Shown in pieces: positions 49,023 to 59,093 of a stretch of 64,000 nt of DNA. Origin of the DNA: an uncultured delta proteobacterium (lineage in GTDB: Bacteria; Myxococcota_A; UBA9160; UBA4427); the NCBI GenBank assembly GCA_963822965.1, contig CAWGJT010000005.1:32001-96000 (forward strand), given 5' to 3'. The notes beneath the pieces were generated by a model. The model did not search any database and had not been told where the DNA came from. It worked only from the letters and a program-made list of their open reading frames with translations. A program made the translations under genes and the position numbers. Each line of letters begins with the position of its first letter. Within the stretch, counting starts at the first letter, position 1.

Positions 49023-50261
49023 ATGGCAAGAAGAGACGATCTGCTGATCGGGCTCGACATCGGGACGACCAAGATCTGCGCGGTCGTGGCGGAACGGACC
49101 GAGAACGGCGTGGAAATCGTCGGGATCGGAACCCATCCGTCCCACGGTCTGCGCAAGGGCGTGGTGGTGGACATCGATTCCACCGTGCGCTCCATCAAGC
49201 ACGCCGTCGAGGAAGCGGAGATGATGGCCGACTGCGAGATCACCTCGGTGTATGCCGGGATCGCAGGCGGTCACATTCGCGGCTTCAACTCGCACGGCGT
49301 CGTCGCCGTGAAGGACGGGGAGGTGCGCGATCACGACATCAAACGCGTGATCGACGCCGCCAAGGCCGTGGCCATCCCGATGGACCGCGAAGTCATCCAC
49401 GTGATTCCGCAGGAATTCATCATCGACGAGCAGGACGGAATCCGCGAGCCCCTGGGCATGCACGGCGTGCGGCTCGAGGCGCACGTCCACATGGTGACGG
49501 CCGCCGTCACGAGCGCCCAGAACATCGTGAAGTGCGCGAACCAGGCGGGGCTCAACGTGTGCGACATCGTGCTGGAGCCGCTGGCCTCGGCCCAGGCGGT
49601 GCTGGCGGACGACGAGCGCGACCTGGGGGTCTGCATGATCGACATCGGGGGCGGGACGACGGACATCGCCGTCTTCTCCCAGGGCTCGATCAAGACGACC
49701 GCCGTGCTCGCCCTGGGCGGCTACCACCTGTCGAACGACATCGCCGTGGGGCTGCGGACGCCCTTCGACGAGGCCGAGCGCATCAAGAAGAAGTTCGGGG
49801 TGGCGTCGGCCCGGTACCTGTCGAGCGACGACGTGCTGACCGTCCCCAGCGTCGGCGGACGCCGGCCGCGGGAGATCTCGCGCAAGATCCTGTGCGAGAT
49901 CATCGAGCCCCGGGTCGAGGAGATCCTGTCCCTGGCCCGGCAGGAGATCGCCAAGTCGGGGCTGGACGGGGAGATCCCGTCCGGCGTGGTGCTGACGGGC
50001 GGGGCCTCCTGCCTGGACGGCATCACGGACCTGGCGGAGGAGATCTTCGAGGCCCCCGTCCGGCTCGGGATGCCCATGAACGTGGGCGGCCTGCAGGACG
50101 TGGTCCACAGCCCCATGTACGCGACCGGCGTCGGCCTGGTGCGGTTCGGGTTCAGCCAGCGAGCCGAGCCGGCCAGCCGCTTCCGCATCCGGGACGACTC
50201 CATCTTCGGACGGGTGAAGCAGCGGATGCGGGACTGGTTCTACACCGACTTCATCGAGTGA
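49023..50261 (+). CDS. ftsA: Cell division protein FtsA
   Basis: GLDIGTTKI, DIGGGTT, VLTGG and a C-terminal amphipathic helix (FGRVKQRMRDWF). Confidence 0.97.
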   Translation: MARRDDLLIGLDIGTTKICAVVAERTENGVEIVGIGTHPSHGLRKGVVVDIDSTVRSIKHAVEEAEMMADCEITSVYAGIAGGHIRGFNSHGVVAVKDGEVRDHDIKRVIDAAKAVAIPMDREVIHVIPQEFIIDEQDGIREPLGMHGVRLEAHVHMVTAAVTSAQNIVKCANQAGLNVCDIVLEPLASAQAVLADDERDLGVCMIDIGGGTTDIAVFSQGSIKTTAVLALGGYHLSNDIAVGLRTPFDEAERIKKKFGVASARYLSSDDVLTVPSVGGRRPREISRKILCEIIEPRVEEILSLARQEIAKSGLDGEIPSGVVLTGGASCLDGITDLAEEIFEAPVRLGMPMNVGGLQDVVHSPMYATGVGLVRFGFSQRAEPASRFRIRDDSIFGRVKQRMRDWFYTDFIE

Positions 50262-50449
50262 GCTGGACGGTGTAGGGCCGCGACATGGCGGCAAGACGAT
50301 CGGGATCGAAAACGCTCCCGATCGAGACAAAAACCGATTGATTCTGTTACATTGGGCCCACTTTCGCGAGAACGCCCATGAGCAAGCGCAAGCACGGCAA
50401 CAGACGGCGGAACAAGCGTGGAAGAGGCGCCCGGGGGGGTGAGAGGAAC

Positions 50450-51880
50450 ATGTCGAAGCACAAGAACAGGACGACGAATGCGACGGACGGCGGACGGCGG
50501 GAAGAGTCCCTGGACCTGCTCGAGCTCGGGCCGGACGAGGGTCAGGATCTGCTGGAGTTCGAAGGCTCGTCGCACCAGAAGGCGACGATCAAGGTGATCG
50601 GCGTGGGCGGGGGCGGCGGCAACGCCATCAACACGATGATCGACTCGGGACTCTCCGGCGTCGAGTTCATCGCGGCGAACACCGATGCACAGGCCCTCAA
50701 GTACAACCGGGCGACCGTCAAGATCCAGCTCGGGGCCGAGGTGACCCGGGGACTGGGCTGCGGCGCGAACCCCGACCGGGGTCGCGCGTCGGCCCTGGAG
50801 GCGCGGGATCGCCTGCGGGAGCAGCTCGAGGGGGCGGACATGGTGTTCGTGACCGCGGGCATGGGAGGCGGCACCGGGACCGGCGCGGCCCCGATCGTGG
50901 CGGAGGTCGCCCGCGAGATCGGCGCCCTCACCGTGGGCGTGGTCACGAAGCCCTTCCTCTTCGAGGGCAAGGTGCGGACCCGGCACGGGGAGCGGGGCAT
51001 CGACGAGCTGCACGAGGTCGTCGACACCCTGATCACCATCCCGAACCAGCGCCTGCTGACCCTGGCCGGCAAGGGCACGGGGATGAAGGACGCCTTCAAG
51101 CTGGCGGACGACGTGCTGCTGAACGCCGTCCGGGGCATCTCGGACCTCATCACCGTGCACGGGCTCATCAACCTCGACTTCGCCGACGTCCGGACGGTGA
51201 TGAACGAGTCGGGGGTGGCGTTGATGGGCAGCGGCGTGGCCTGCGGAGAGACCGGGGCCGTGGATGCCGCGCGGGCGGCCATCTCGAGCCCGCTGCTCGA
51301 GGACCTCTCCATCGACGGAGCCCGGGGCGTCCTCATCAACGTGACGGGCGGCACCGACATGACCCTCTTCGAGGTGAACGAGGCGTCGGTGCTGATCCAG
51401 GAGGCGGCCCACGAGGATGCGAACATCATCTTCGGCGCGGTGATCGACGAGGACATGCCCGACGGCGAGATGCGGGTGACGGTGATCGCCACCGGCCTCG
51501 ACGACGAGCGACGCCGGCGGGCCTCGCTCCCGAGCGAGCGAGCGAGCGAGCGGGAGCGGGAGCGGACGTCGGTGAGCGTCGGCTCGTCGCGCGGGACGTC
51601 GCAGCGCGAGCCGGTGCCGGTCTACACCCAGGCGGCCGTCGAGGAGCCCCGTCGCTACGCCGAGCCGCCGGCGCCGAGCCAGGCCCCGGTGGGGCAGCCC
51701 TCGCTGCCCTCCGCGGAGCCGCCCCCGCAGCGGCGGGAGGAGTCGGCGGCGGCCCGCCGGGTGAACGAGGTGGCCATGAATGCGGCCGAGATGGCGCACT
51801 TCGCGGCGGACTTCGCTTCGCCCTTCGAGGACGAGCTCGACACACCGGCGTTCCTGCGCCGGCGCGCGTCGGAGAACTGA
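50450..51880 (+). CDS. ftsZ: Cell division protein FtsZ
   Basis: [25 protein letters not shown] and C-terminal [12 protein letters not shown] 50450 has a GAGAGGA SD, with an in-frame upstream ATG at 50378. Confidence 0.97.
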   Translation: MSKHKNRTTNATDGGRREESLDLLELGPDEGQDLLEFEGSSHQKATIKVIGVGGGGGNAINTMIDSGLSGVEFIAANTDAQALKYNRATVKIQLGAEVTRGLGCGANPDRGRASALEARDRLREQLEGADMVFVTAGMGGGTGTGAAPIVAEVAREIGALTVGVVTKPFLFEGKVRTRHGERGIDELHEVVDTLITIPNQRLLTLAGKGTGMKDAFKLADDVLLNAVRGISDLITVHGLINLDFADVRTVMNESGVALMGSGVACGETGAVDAARAAISSPLLEDLSIDGARGVLINVTGGTDMTLFEVNEASVLIQEAAHEDANIIFGAVIDEDMPDGEMRVTVIATGLDDERRRRASLPSERASERERERTSVSVGSSRGTSQREPVPVYTQAAVEEPRRYAEPPAPSQAPVGQPSLPSAEPPPQRREESAAARRVNEVAMNAAEMAHFAADFASPFEDELDTPAFLRRRASEN

Positions 51881-51905
51881 CCCCGGCCGACGGGGTTGAG
51901 GCCCT

Positions 51906-51950
51906 GACGGCCCGCACGGCTTCGCGGGCCGCGCGCGGGCCGTCTTCTTT
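51906..51950 (+). terminator. Probable intrinsic terminator of the dcw operon
   Basis: GACGGCCCGC (51906-51915) pairs with GCGGGCCGTC (51935-51944), followed by TTCTTT. Confidence 0.65.
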
Positions 51951-52053
51951 CCGGGGCCGCGCGGGCCGTCTTCTTTCCGGGGCCGCGCGGGCCGTCTTCT
52001 TTCCGGGGCCGCGCGGGCCGTCTTCTTTCCGGGGCCGCGCGGGCCGTCTTCTT
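51933..52053. repeat. 26-bp perfect tandem repeat, 4 full copies plus 17 bp
   Basis: Unit GCGCGGGCCGTCTTCTTTCCGGGGCC starts at 51933, 51959, 51985, 52011 and 52037 (partial); no spacers. Confidence 0.95.
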
Positions 52054-52133
52054 CGCGGCCCCTCCCCGCTCTCGTGAAAAACACGGCCCCGGCGCTTGAC
52101 CGGGGGAGCCGACAGCGCGAGCTTCCGCGCCCC

Positions 52134-52961
52134 ATGAGCCAGACCGGATCACCCGCCGAAGACCCCGTCCTCACGACCCGCGAAGGCGACGTCGTGACGA
52201 TCACCTTCAACCAGCCCGATCGCCTCAACGCCATGACCCAGGCCATGGGCGAGGCGTTCGCGGATCGGATCGCGACCCTGCGCCCGGACGAGAGCATCCG
52301 CGCCGTGATCCTGACCGGTGCCGGCCGGGCCTTCTCGGCAGGCGGTGATCTGGAGATGATCCGCGACAAGGCGGTCCAGGGTCGGGAGGCGCCGGGCCTC
52401 GCCCGGCGTCCCATCCGGGACAGCATGCGTTCCTTCTACAAGCTCTTCCTGGCGGTTCGCGAGCTGCCCTGCCCCACCCTCGCCGCCGTCCACGGACACG
52501 CCATCGGCGCCGGGTTCTGCGTCGCCCTTGCCTGCGATCTGCGCATCGTGGGCGAGCGCGCGAAGGTGGGGCTCAACTTCACGAAGCTGGGCCTGCACCC
52601 GGGTATGGGCGCCACCTGGACGCTGCCTCGCCTGGTCGGCCCCGGCCTGGCCGCCGAGCTGCTGTTCTCGAGCCGGCTCGTCGACGGGGCCGAAGCGGTC
52701 CGCATCGGGCTGGCCAACCGCTGCCTGCCGGCGGAAGAGGTGGTGCCCGAAGCCCGGCGCCTCGCCGGGGAGATCGCCGTCTGCGCTCCGCTCCCGAACC
52801 GGGCCTTGAAGCGGGCTCTGGACCGCAGTCTCAGCGCCAGCCTGGAAGACCAGCTGAGCTTCGAGGCCAGCGAGCAGGCCGTCAACTTCGAGAGCGAGGA
52901 CGTCCACGAGGGCATCGCCGCCGTCCGCGAGAAGCGCGATCCGCGCTTCCGAGGCCGATAG
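52134..52961 (+). CDS. Enoyl-CoA hydratase/isomerase family protein
   Basis: FNQPDRLNAM, AFSAGGDL, GHAIGAG, LGLHPGMG and KRDPRFRGR. Confidence 0.93.
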   Translation: MSQTGSPAEDPVLTTREGDVVTITFNQPDRLNAMTQAMGEAFADRIATLRPDESIRAVILTGAGRAFSAGGDLEMIRDKAVQGREAPGLARRPIRDSMRSFYKLFLAVRELPCPTLAAVHGHAIGAGFCVALACDLRIVGERAKVGLNFTKLGLHPGMGATWTLPRLVGPGLAAELLFSSRLVDGAEAVRIGLANRCLPAEEVVPEARRLAGEIAVCAPLPNRALKRALDRSLSASLEDQLSFEASEQAVNFESEDVHEGIAAVREKRDPRFRGR

Positions 52962-53107
52962 CAGCGATCGACGCCCGAACTGTGAGTCCCGCCACGATCC
53001 ACCGGGAAAATGCGGCCGAACCCTAAAGAAGCTGGCCGAACGTTCGAAATAGGAGAAGAGCGCTGCGGGGACGCAAGAGCGCCCCAACCGGCTCTGTGGG
53101 GGGAATC

Positions 53108-53194
53108 GTGACTCGAGCGCTGCGAAGCAACAGCCTCTGGCTGGTCGTCACCTACGTGGGCCTGATCCTGCTGATGGCCCGGGCGTACACCTAG
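53108..53194 (+). CDS. Putative 28-aa single-TM small protein
   Basis: GTG...TAG encodes MTRALRSNSLWLVVTYVGLILLMARAYT; GGGGGA SD; nearly all codons end in G/C. Confidence 0.6.
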   Translation: MTRALRSNSLWLVVTYVGLILLMARAYT

Positions 53195-53248
53195 CGAGCG
53201 AGAAGCCTGCTCCGGCTCGTCGAAGCCGGGCCGACGGCCGACCGCGCG

Positions 53249-53692
<444 letters not shown>

Positions 53693-53813
53693 GGTGCTTC
53701 GCTCGCTCCTGATCCGGTTCGGATTCCGGCAAAGGGTGCCTCGGAAGACCGCGGTCTCCGAGGGGGCGGTACGGTAGCGGATCGATCGGCCGTCGCGACC
53801 CGCGGACGGCTCA

Positions 53814-53960
53814 GAGCCTGTGAAGGAATCCTCGACCGAGTCAGGCGCTGCGCCGGCGGGTCGGATGCAAGGCGCGACGACGAGGCGTAGCGCGCTTCGG
53901 CGAGGAGGAGCAACGCCGCAGACGGCCCCCTGGCGACCGAGAGGATTCCTTCACAGGCTC
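53814..53960. mobile_element. 147-bp MITE-like element with perfect 20-bp terminal inverted repeats and a TCA target duplication
   Basis: GAGCCTGTGAAGGAATCCTC (53814-53833) and GAGGATTCCTTCACAGGCTC (53941-53960); TCA at 53811-53813 and 53961-53963. Confidence 0.8.
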
Positions 53961-54941
53961 TCAGCCCACCTCGAGAATGATCTTCCCGAAGTGCGCGCTC
54001 GACTTCATCACCCGGTGGGCCTCGCCGGCCTGGCCCAGCGGAAGGACCCGGTCCACCACGGGCCCCACGCTCCCGGATTCCAGGGCGGCTCCGAAGGCGG
54101 ACCGGAAGCCTTCGACGATGCCGGCCTTGGTGTCCTCGGACAGGGCGCGGAGCGTCGAGCCGATCACCTGCAGCCTCCGGCCCAGGAGCTGCCCCAGCCC
54201 GATCTCCGCCCGGGCGCCCCCCATCAGGCCGATCAGCAGCAGCCGGCCTTCGAGGGCCAGGCTCGCCAGGTTCTTCTCGAGATAGGGGGCCCCGATGGAG
54301 TCCAGCACCACGTCGACCCCGCGGCCGTCCGTCGCCTGTCGGACCGTCTCGACGAAGTCGTCCTCGTTGTAGTTCGCCGCGGCATCCGCCCCGAGCGCGA
54401 CGCAGCGCCCGCACTTCTCGGCCGAGCCGGCGGTGACGATGCAGGTGCCCCCCCAGGCCTTCACCAGCTGGATGGTCGCGGTGCCGATGCCGCTGCCCCC
54501 GCCGTGGACCAGCACCGATCCCGGCTTCGGCAGGGCGCCGAGCTGGAAGACGTTGCGGTAGACGGTGAGCATCACCTCGGGCAACGCCGCCGCCTCGGGG
54601 TAGGAGAGATGGTCCGGGATGGGCATGACGCTGCCGGCGTCGACGACCACCTCGGACGCGTAGCCACCACCCGGCAGCAGGGCCATCACCCGGTCGCCCG
54701 GCTTCCAGGCCGAGACGCCGTCCGCCACCTCCGCCACGTCGCCCGCGCACTCGAGCCCGATGATCTGCGAGGCGCCGGGCGGCGGCGGATAGAGGCCCTG
54801 CCGCTGCAGCAGGTCGCCGCGGTTCACGCCGGCGGCGCGGGTTGCGATGCGGATACAACCCGGCCGCAGCGGCGGAGCCGCGACGTCTGCCAGCTTCAGG
54901 ACCGACTCGTCGCCCGGCGCCTCGAAGACGATCGCCTGCAC
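53961..54941 (-). CDS. NAD(P)H-quinone oxidoreductase, PIG3-like (MDR family)
   Basis: GVNRGDLLQRQGLYPPPPG, GLECAG, VHGGGSGIG and HFGKIIL. Confidence 0.93.
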   Translation of the reverse strand: MQAIVFEAPGDESVLKLADVAAPPLRPGCIRIATRAAGVNRGDLLQRQGLYPPPPGASQIIGLECAGDVAEVADGVSAWKPGDRVMALLPGGGYASEVVVDAGSVMPIPDHLSYPEAAALPEVMLTVYRNVFQLGALPKPGSVLVHGGGSGIGTATIQLVKAWGGTCIVTAGSAEKCGRCVALGADAAANYNEDDFVETVRQATDGRGVDVVLDSIGAPYLEKNLASLALEGRLLLIGLMGGARAEIGLGQLLGRRLQVIGSTLRALSEDTKAGIVEGFRSAFGAALESGSVGPVVDRVLPLGQAGEAHRVMKSSAHFGKIILEVG

Positions 54942-54945
54942 GGGA

Positions 54946-56124
54946 TCAGCTCAGGTCTTCTCGCGTGTAGTCGAAGAGACCGCGCGCGATGATGAGCCGC
55001 TGGATCTCACCCGTCCCCTCGTAGATGTCGGTGATGCGGCAGTCGCGCATCCACTTCTCGAGCAGGTGCTCGCGCGAGATGCCCATCGGGTCCGATCAGC
55101 TCCACGCAGCCCTGGGTGATCGCACGGACCGCCGAGCCCGCGTGGGCCTTGCACACCGACGACTCCATGTTGTTGGGCTTGCCCTCGCCCGCCAGCCAGG
55201 TGCAGTGCAGCGTGGTCAGCTCGGAGGCCTCGTAGAGGCCCTCGAGGCGCATGAACCGCTCGGCCACCGCCGACTGCGCCCCGATCCCGCTGCCGTACTC
55301 GAGGGAGACGCCGGCCTTCTCGAGCTCGTCGCCGGGTGAAGTCCAGCGCGGCGCGGGCCAGACCGAGGCCCATGGCGGCGGTGAGGGGCCGGGTCATGTT
55401 GAAGGTCTTCATCACGCCGCGGAAGCCGCCGGAGCTCTTCTTCGGAATCGTCTCGTCGAGACCCAGCAGGTTGTCGCGGGGGATGCGGCAGTCCTTGAAG
55501 ACGTAGCAGGCCGTGTCGTCGGAGCGGATGCCGAGCTTCTTCTCCTTGTGCGGCACCTCGAAGCCGGGCGTGCCCTTCTCCACCAGGAACGACTTGATGC
55601 CGGCGCGGCCGGCCGACTTGTCGATCGTCGCCCACAGCACCACGGCGTCGGCGCGGATGCCCGTGGTGACGAAGATCTTCTCGCCGTTGATCACCCACTC
55701 GTCCCCGTCCAGGGTGGCCGTGGTGGACACCATCGAGGGATCGGAGCCGCAGCCGGGCTCGGTGATCGCCATGGAGAGCGTGAGGTGGCTCCACTTCTCC
55801 TTCTGCTCGGGGGTGCCCGCCGCCGACAGGGCCGCGTTGCCGAGGCCGCCGCCCTTCGACTGCCGGAGCCGCACGGAGTAGTCGCCGTAGTACTGCCCGA
55901 TGGCCTGCAGGGCCATCATGACCGGCGGCGCCGTGTCGTCTCCCTGACTCGGCCGGGAGAGGCGCGAGGTTCGCGTAGTAGTCCTCCGCCTCGGGCAGCT
56001 CGTCCGGCGGGAACTCGCCCTCGTGCTCGTCGTAGTAGCGGGCGTACTTGCGGCAGATGAGCGCGGCCCCGCGCGTGCGCTCGAGCTGGGCCTTGTCGTG
56101 TTCGGTCAGCGTGAAATCGATCAT
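54946..56124 (-). CDS. Acyl-CoA dehydrogenase (frameshifts)
   Basis: MAITEPGCGSD, INGEKIFVT, KLGIRSDDT and EKWMRDCRITDIYEGTGEIQRLII; stop read in the corrected frame. Confidence 0.92.
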
Positions 56125-56197
56125 GGGGTCTCTCCGATTCGAGGAGGAGGAGGCTCGTAGGGATACGATCAGGGAGCTCTCGGTTCGTGCACCCCGC

Positions 56198-57295
56198 CTA
56201 GACGGCGAGCAGTCCCTCGAGCACGCTCGACGGTGCGCGCGTTCCGGAACCACATCTCCACGGGGTGCTCCCGGATGAAGCCGTGGCCGCCCAGGGTCTG
56301 GATCCCGTTGTCGGTGATCCACATGGACTTCTCGGCGCAGTAGGCGCGGGTCAGATGCGCGGCGCGCGTCACCTCGAGCCCCTTCTCCAGATGGCTCGCC
56401 GCCTTCCAGGTCATCAGGCGCATGGCGTCCACCTCGATGTGCATGTCCGAGAGCCGGAAGGCGATGGCCTGCTTCTTGGCGATGGGCTCGCCGAAGGCCA
56501 CGCGATCCTTGACGTAGGGGATGCAGTACTCGAGCACCGCCGCGAGACAGGCCCACCATGACGGCGCTGAGCGCCACGCGGGAGCCGTCGAGGATGCGCC
56601 GGACGTCCGCGCCGGCGTCGCCGCCGAGGCGCGCGTCCTTCGGCAGCTCGACGCGCTCGAGCTCGAGACCGACCGTCGTCAGCCCCCGGAGCCCGAGGTT
56701 CAGCTCGGGCTCCGAGATCGCGAAGGCCTTCGGCGTCGCGGGGCACCACGAAGGCGTCCAGGCGCTCGCCGTTGCGGGCGGTGACCAGGAAGTGACAGGC
56801 GCGGTCGCCCAGGGGCACCAGGGTCTTGGCCCCCGAGAGCACGAAGGCGTCGCCCTTGGGCTCCGCCACGGTGCGCGGCCGGGAGGCGTCGAAGAGCGGC
56901 CCGGGCTCCACCACCGCCAGGGACGCCGCGTGGAACTTCTCGGTGCAGAAGAGGGGGAGAAGGGTCTTCTTCTGGTCCTCGGTGCCGAAGTCGAGCACAG
57001 CGTTCGCGAAGCCCGAGGGCGAGACCGCGGCCGCCGCCAGGCTGGCGTCGCCGAAGGCGAGCTCCTCGAGCACGACGACGTTCGTCACCGACGAACGCTC
57101 CTCGCCGCCGCCGCCGTAGCTCTCGGGAATCTGCGTGGAGGTGAGACCGAGGTCCCAGACGCTCTGGAGCAGCTCGGCCGGGATTTCCGACGCCTCGTCG
57201 CAATCGCGTGCGATCGGGCGGATCTGCTCCGCCGCGAAGTCGCGCATCGCCTCCCGAACCATTTCCTGCTCTTCGGTGGGTCCAAACGAGATCAC
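56198..57295 (-). CDS. Acyl-CoA dehydrogenase (frameshifts)
   Basis: ISFGPTEEQ, LEELAFGD, RVAFGEPIAKKQAIAF and LGGHGFIREHPVEMW. Confidence 0.92.
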
Positions 57296-58078
57296 TGCGG
57301 TTCTCCTTCGTTCGTCGCCCGGTCGGCCGGGGCGGACTTCTCCTGCTGGTCGGAGCCGTTGCCGACCGAGCGGTGGATCTGGTGGAAGTAGTGGTCCATC
57401 GCGGCGTCGCTGCCTTCCTTGGTCATGCGACCGCTGCGGACGAGCTCCCGGGCGTCGACGAGCCCGAGGGCGAGGGCGCACCAGGTGCGGGCCTCGGCGG
57501 TGTACCGGACGTCCGCGCGCTCGGCGAAGTCCGGGCAGCACGGTGCAGTGGCCCTGCTCGATCTTCACCGTCCAGACGCCGCCGCCCTCGCCCGTCAGGC
57601 GGATCTCGAAGGTGACGTCGGCGTCGCGCGCGTTCTCCTCGCGCAGCAGGAAGGGCAGCGATTCGATGATCGACTGGGGCGAGGTCTCGGTGAACCGATC
57701 GGCGTCGATGCTGAGGGCTTCGCGTCCGTGACGCGTGAACCAGCGCGCGATGGAGGCGACGATCGGCTCCAGCGAGCGGCCGAGCTCGGTGATCGCATAG
57801 CCGCCCCGGCTGCCCTCGAGACCCGTCACGAAGCCCTGCTCCGTCAGGTCCTTCAGGCGGCTCGACAGGACCCGCGGCGCGATGCCGGTGCGCATCCGCA
57901 GCTCCTGGAAGCCCTTCGGGCCGAGCAGCAGGTGTCGGACCAGCACCAGGCTCCAGCGGTCGCCGATGGCGTCGAGGGCCCGGCCCACCGGGTCGTAGAT
58001 GGCGCCCGGCCGCGGCACTTCCCGCCGGGAGGACCCGGGAGACACCGCCTCGCTCGCGTAGGGCGCGCCGCCAGTCAT
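57292..58078 (-). CDS. HxlR-family winged-helix regulator fused to an SCP2 sterol/lipid-binding domain (frameshift near 57535)
   Basis: ALDAIGDRWSLVLVRHLLLGPKGFQEL...LSSRLKDL...YAITELG; C-terminal FEIRLTGEGGGVWTVKI...ADVRYT. Confidence 0.85.
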
Positions 58079-58095
58079 GGTTCGAGTATCTAACA

Positions 58096-58139
58096 AATAT
58101 CTTCTAGATATTCAATCCATACCGAGATGGATATCCATC
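58096..58139. promoter_or_regulatory. AT-rich palindromic operator candidates upstream of the HxlR-SCP2 gene
   Basis: AATATCT-tct-AGATATT (58096-58112) and the perfect palindrome GATGGATATCCATC (58126-58139). Confidence 0.55.
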
Positions 58140-59093
58140 AGTGACCCGCAAGTCACGCAGGCCGGGGCGCCTCGGGAGGGGGTGCGGGACTGGCGGCTCT
58201 CGTCCGGCTCGGTCCGGCCTGGATTCGGGAAACCGCACCTGGAAGCCCGCGCGCTGGCCGGTGGCCCCGGACGGGTAGGTGTAGACGGCACCCTCCACCC
58301 GGTACTGCTCCGGGGTGCTGGCCGAGCCCAGCCCGGGAGATGGTTCGAACGCGGGTCGCGGTGGTGTGACCCCGCGGTGCTCGGTCTCCATCTCCTCCAC
58401 CCGCAGGTCCGGCGCCGAGGATCGGGAAAGCACGCCAGGCCTGCCGGCGGATCGCCCGCCCACTCGAGCTCCAGCTCGAGATCCCGCTGCCCCTCGGACG
58501 CCGGTCTCGCCCCAGACGGCGCGCGTCGTGGCGAGACCCGGGGGCGGCTCACCGGGCAGCTGCGCGAGCCAGGGGGCGAGGGCCGGTTGGGGCGGCGCCG
58601 GCGGCTCACCGACGGTCAGGTCGAGGGAGGCGCGACTCTCACCCGGCACGCACGAGAGCTTGCACGCCACCCAGTCCACCCGCGCCGACACGGGATAGGA
58701 GGTTCCTGGGCCGGCGGCGGGCAGCGCGAGCCGCACGGCAGCCCCACCGTGCCCTCGTAACCGAAGTCGACGCCCACTCCGGGATAGTCGAAGCGCGTGG
58801 GCAGCGGCCACTGCACCGGACCCGCCGTGACGTCGGGGGGCAGGTCGAGGCGCACCCGCAGCGGCTGGCCGCTGAAGCCGGGGTGCCGCCAGTAGACGTG
58901 CCAGCCGGGCTGGAGCTCCAGGATCGCACCGATCCAGACGCTTCCCCCGCCCTCGGGCGCCGGCCCTTCCGCCACCAGCCGAAGCGAGACCGGAGAGTCG
59001 CCCTCGACCCGGGCCGCGTCGCGGCACGCGGTCTGGTACAGGGACAGGACCGACCAGCACCGGCACGAGAGGCGAGAAGAGGAGGCGTCTCAC
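58104..59093 (-). CDS. Secreted DsbD N-terminal-like (thiol:disulfide interchange) domain protein (frameshifts; 3' end uncertain)
   Basis: LQPGWHVYWRHPGFSG, VQWPLP, GYEG and WVACKLSCVPG. Confidence 0.75.
   Translation of the reverse strand: MRRLLFSPLVPVLVGPVPVPDRVPRRGPGRGRLSGLASAGGGRAGARGRGKRLDRCDPGAPARLARLLAAPRLQRPAAAGAPRPAPRRHGGSGAVAAAHALRLSRSGRRLRLRGHGGAAVRLALPAAGPGTSYPVSARVDWVACKLSCVPGESRASLDLTVGEPPAPPQPALAPWLAQLPGEPPPGLATTRAVWGETGVRGAAGSRAGARVGGRSAGRPGVLSRSSAPDLRVEEMETEHRGVTPPRPAFEPSPGLGSASTPEQYRVEGAVYTYPSGATGQRAGFQVRFPESRPDRAGREPPVPHPLPRRPGLRDLRVTDGYPSRYGLNI

Noticed and set aside
51933..52053. Possible CRISPR array
   Set aside because: The units are contiguous and identical with no spacers, and no cas genes are present.
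53055..53100. c-di-GMP-I riboswitch (GGGACGCAA)
   Set aside because: The upstream GGCAAAC...GAAA element and the matching downstream stem are missing.
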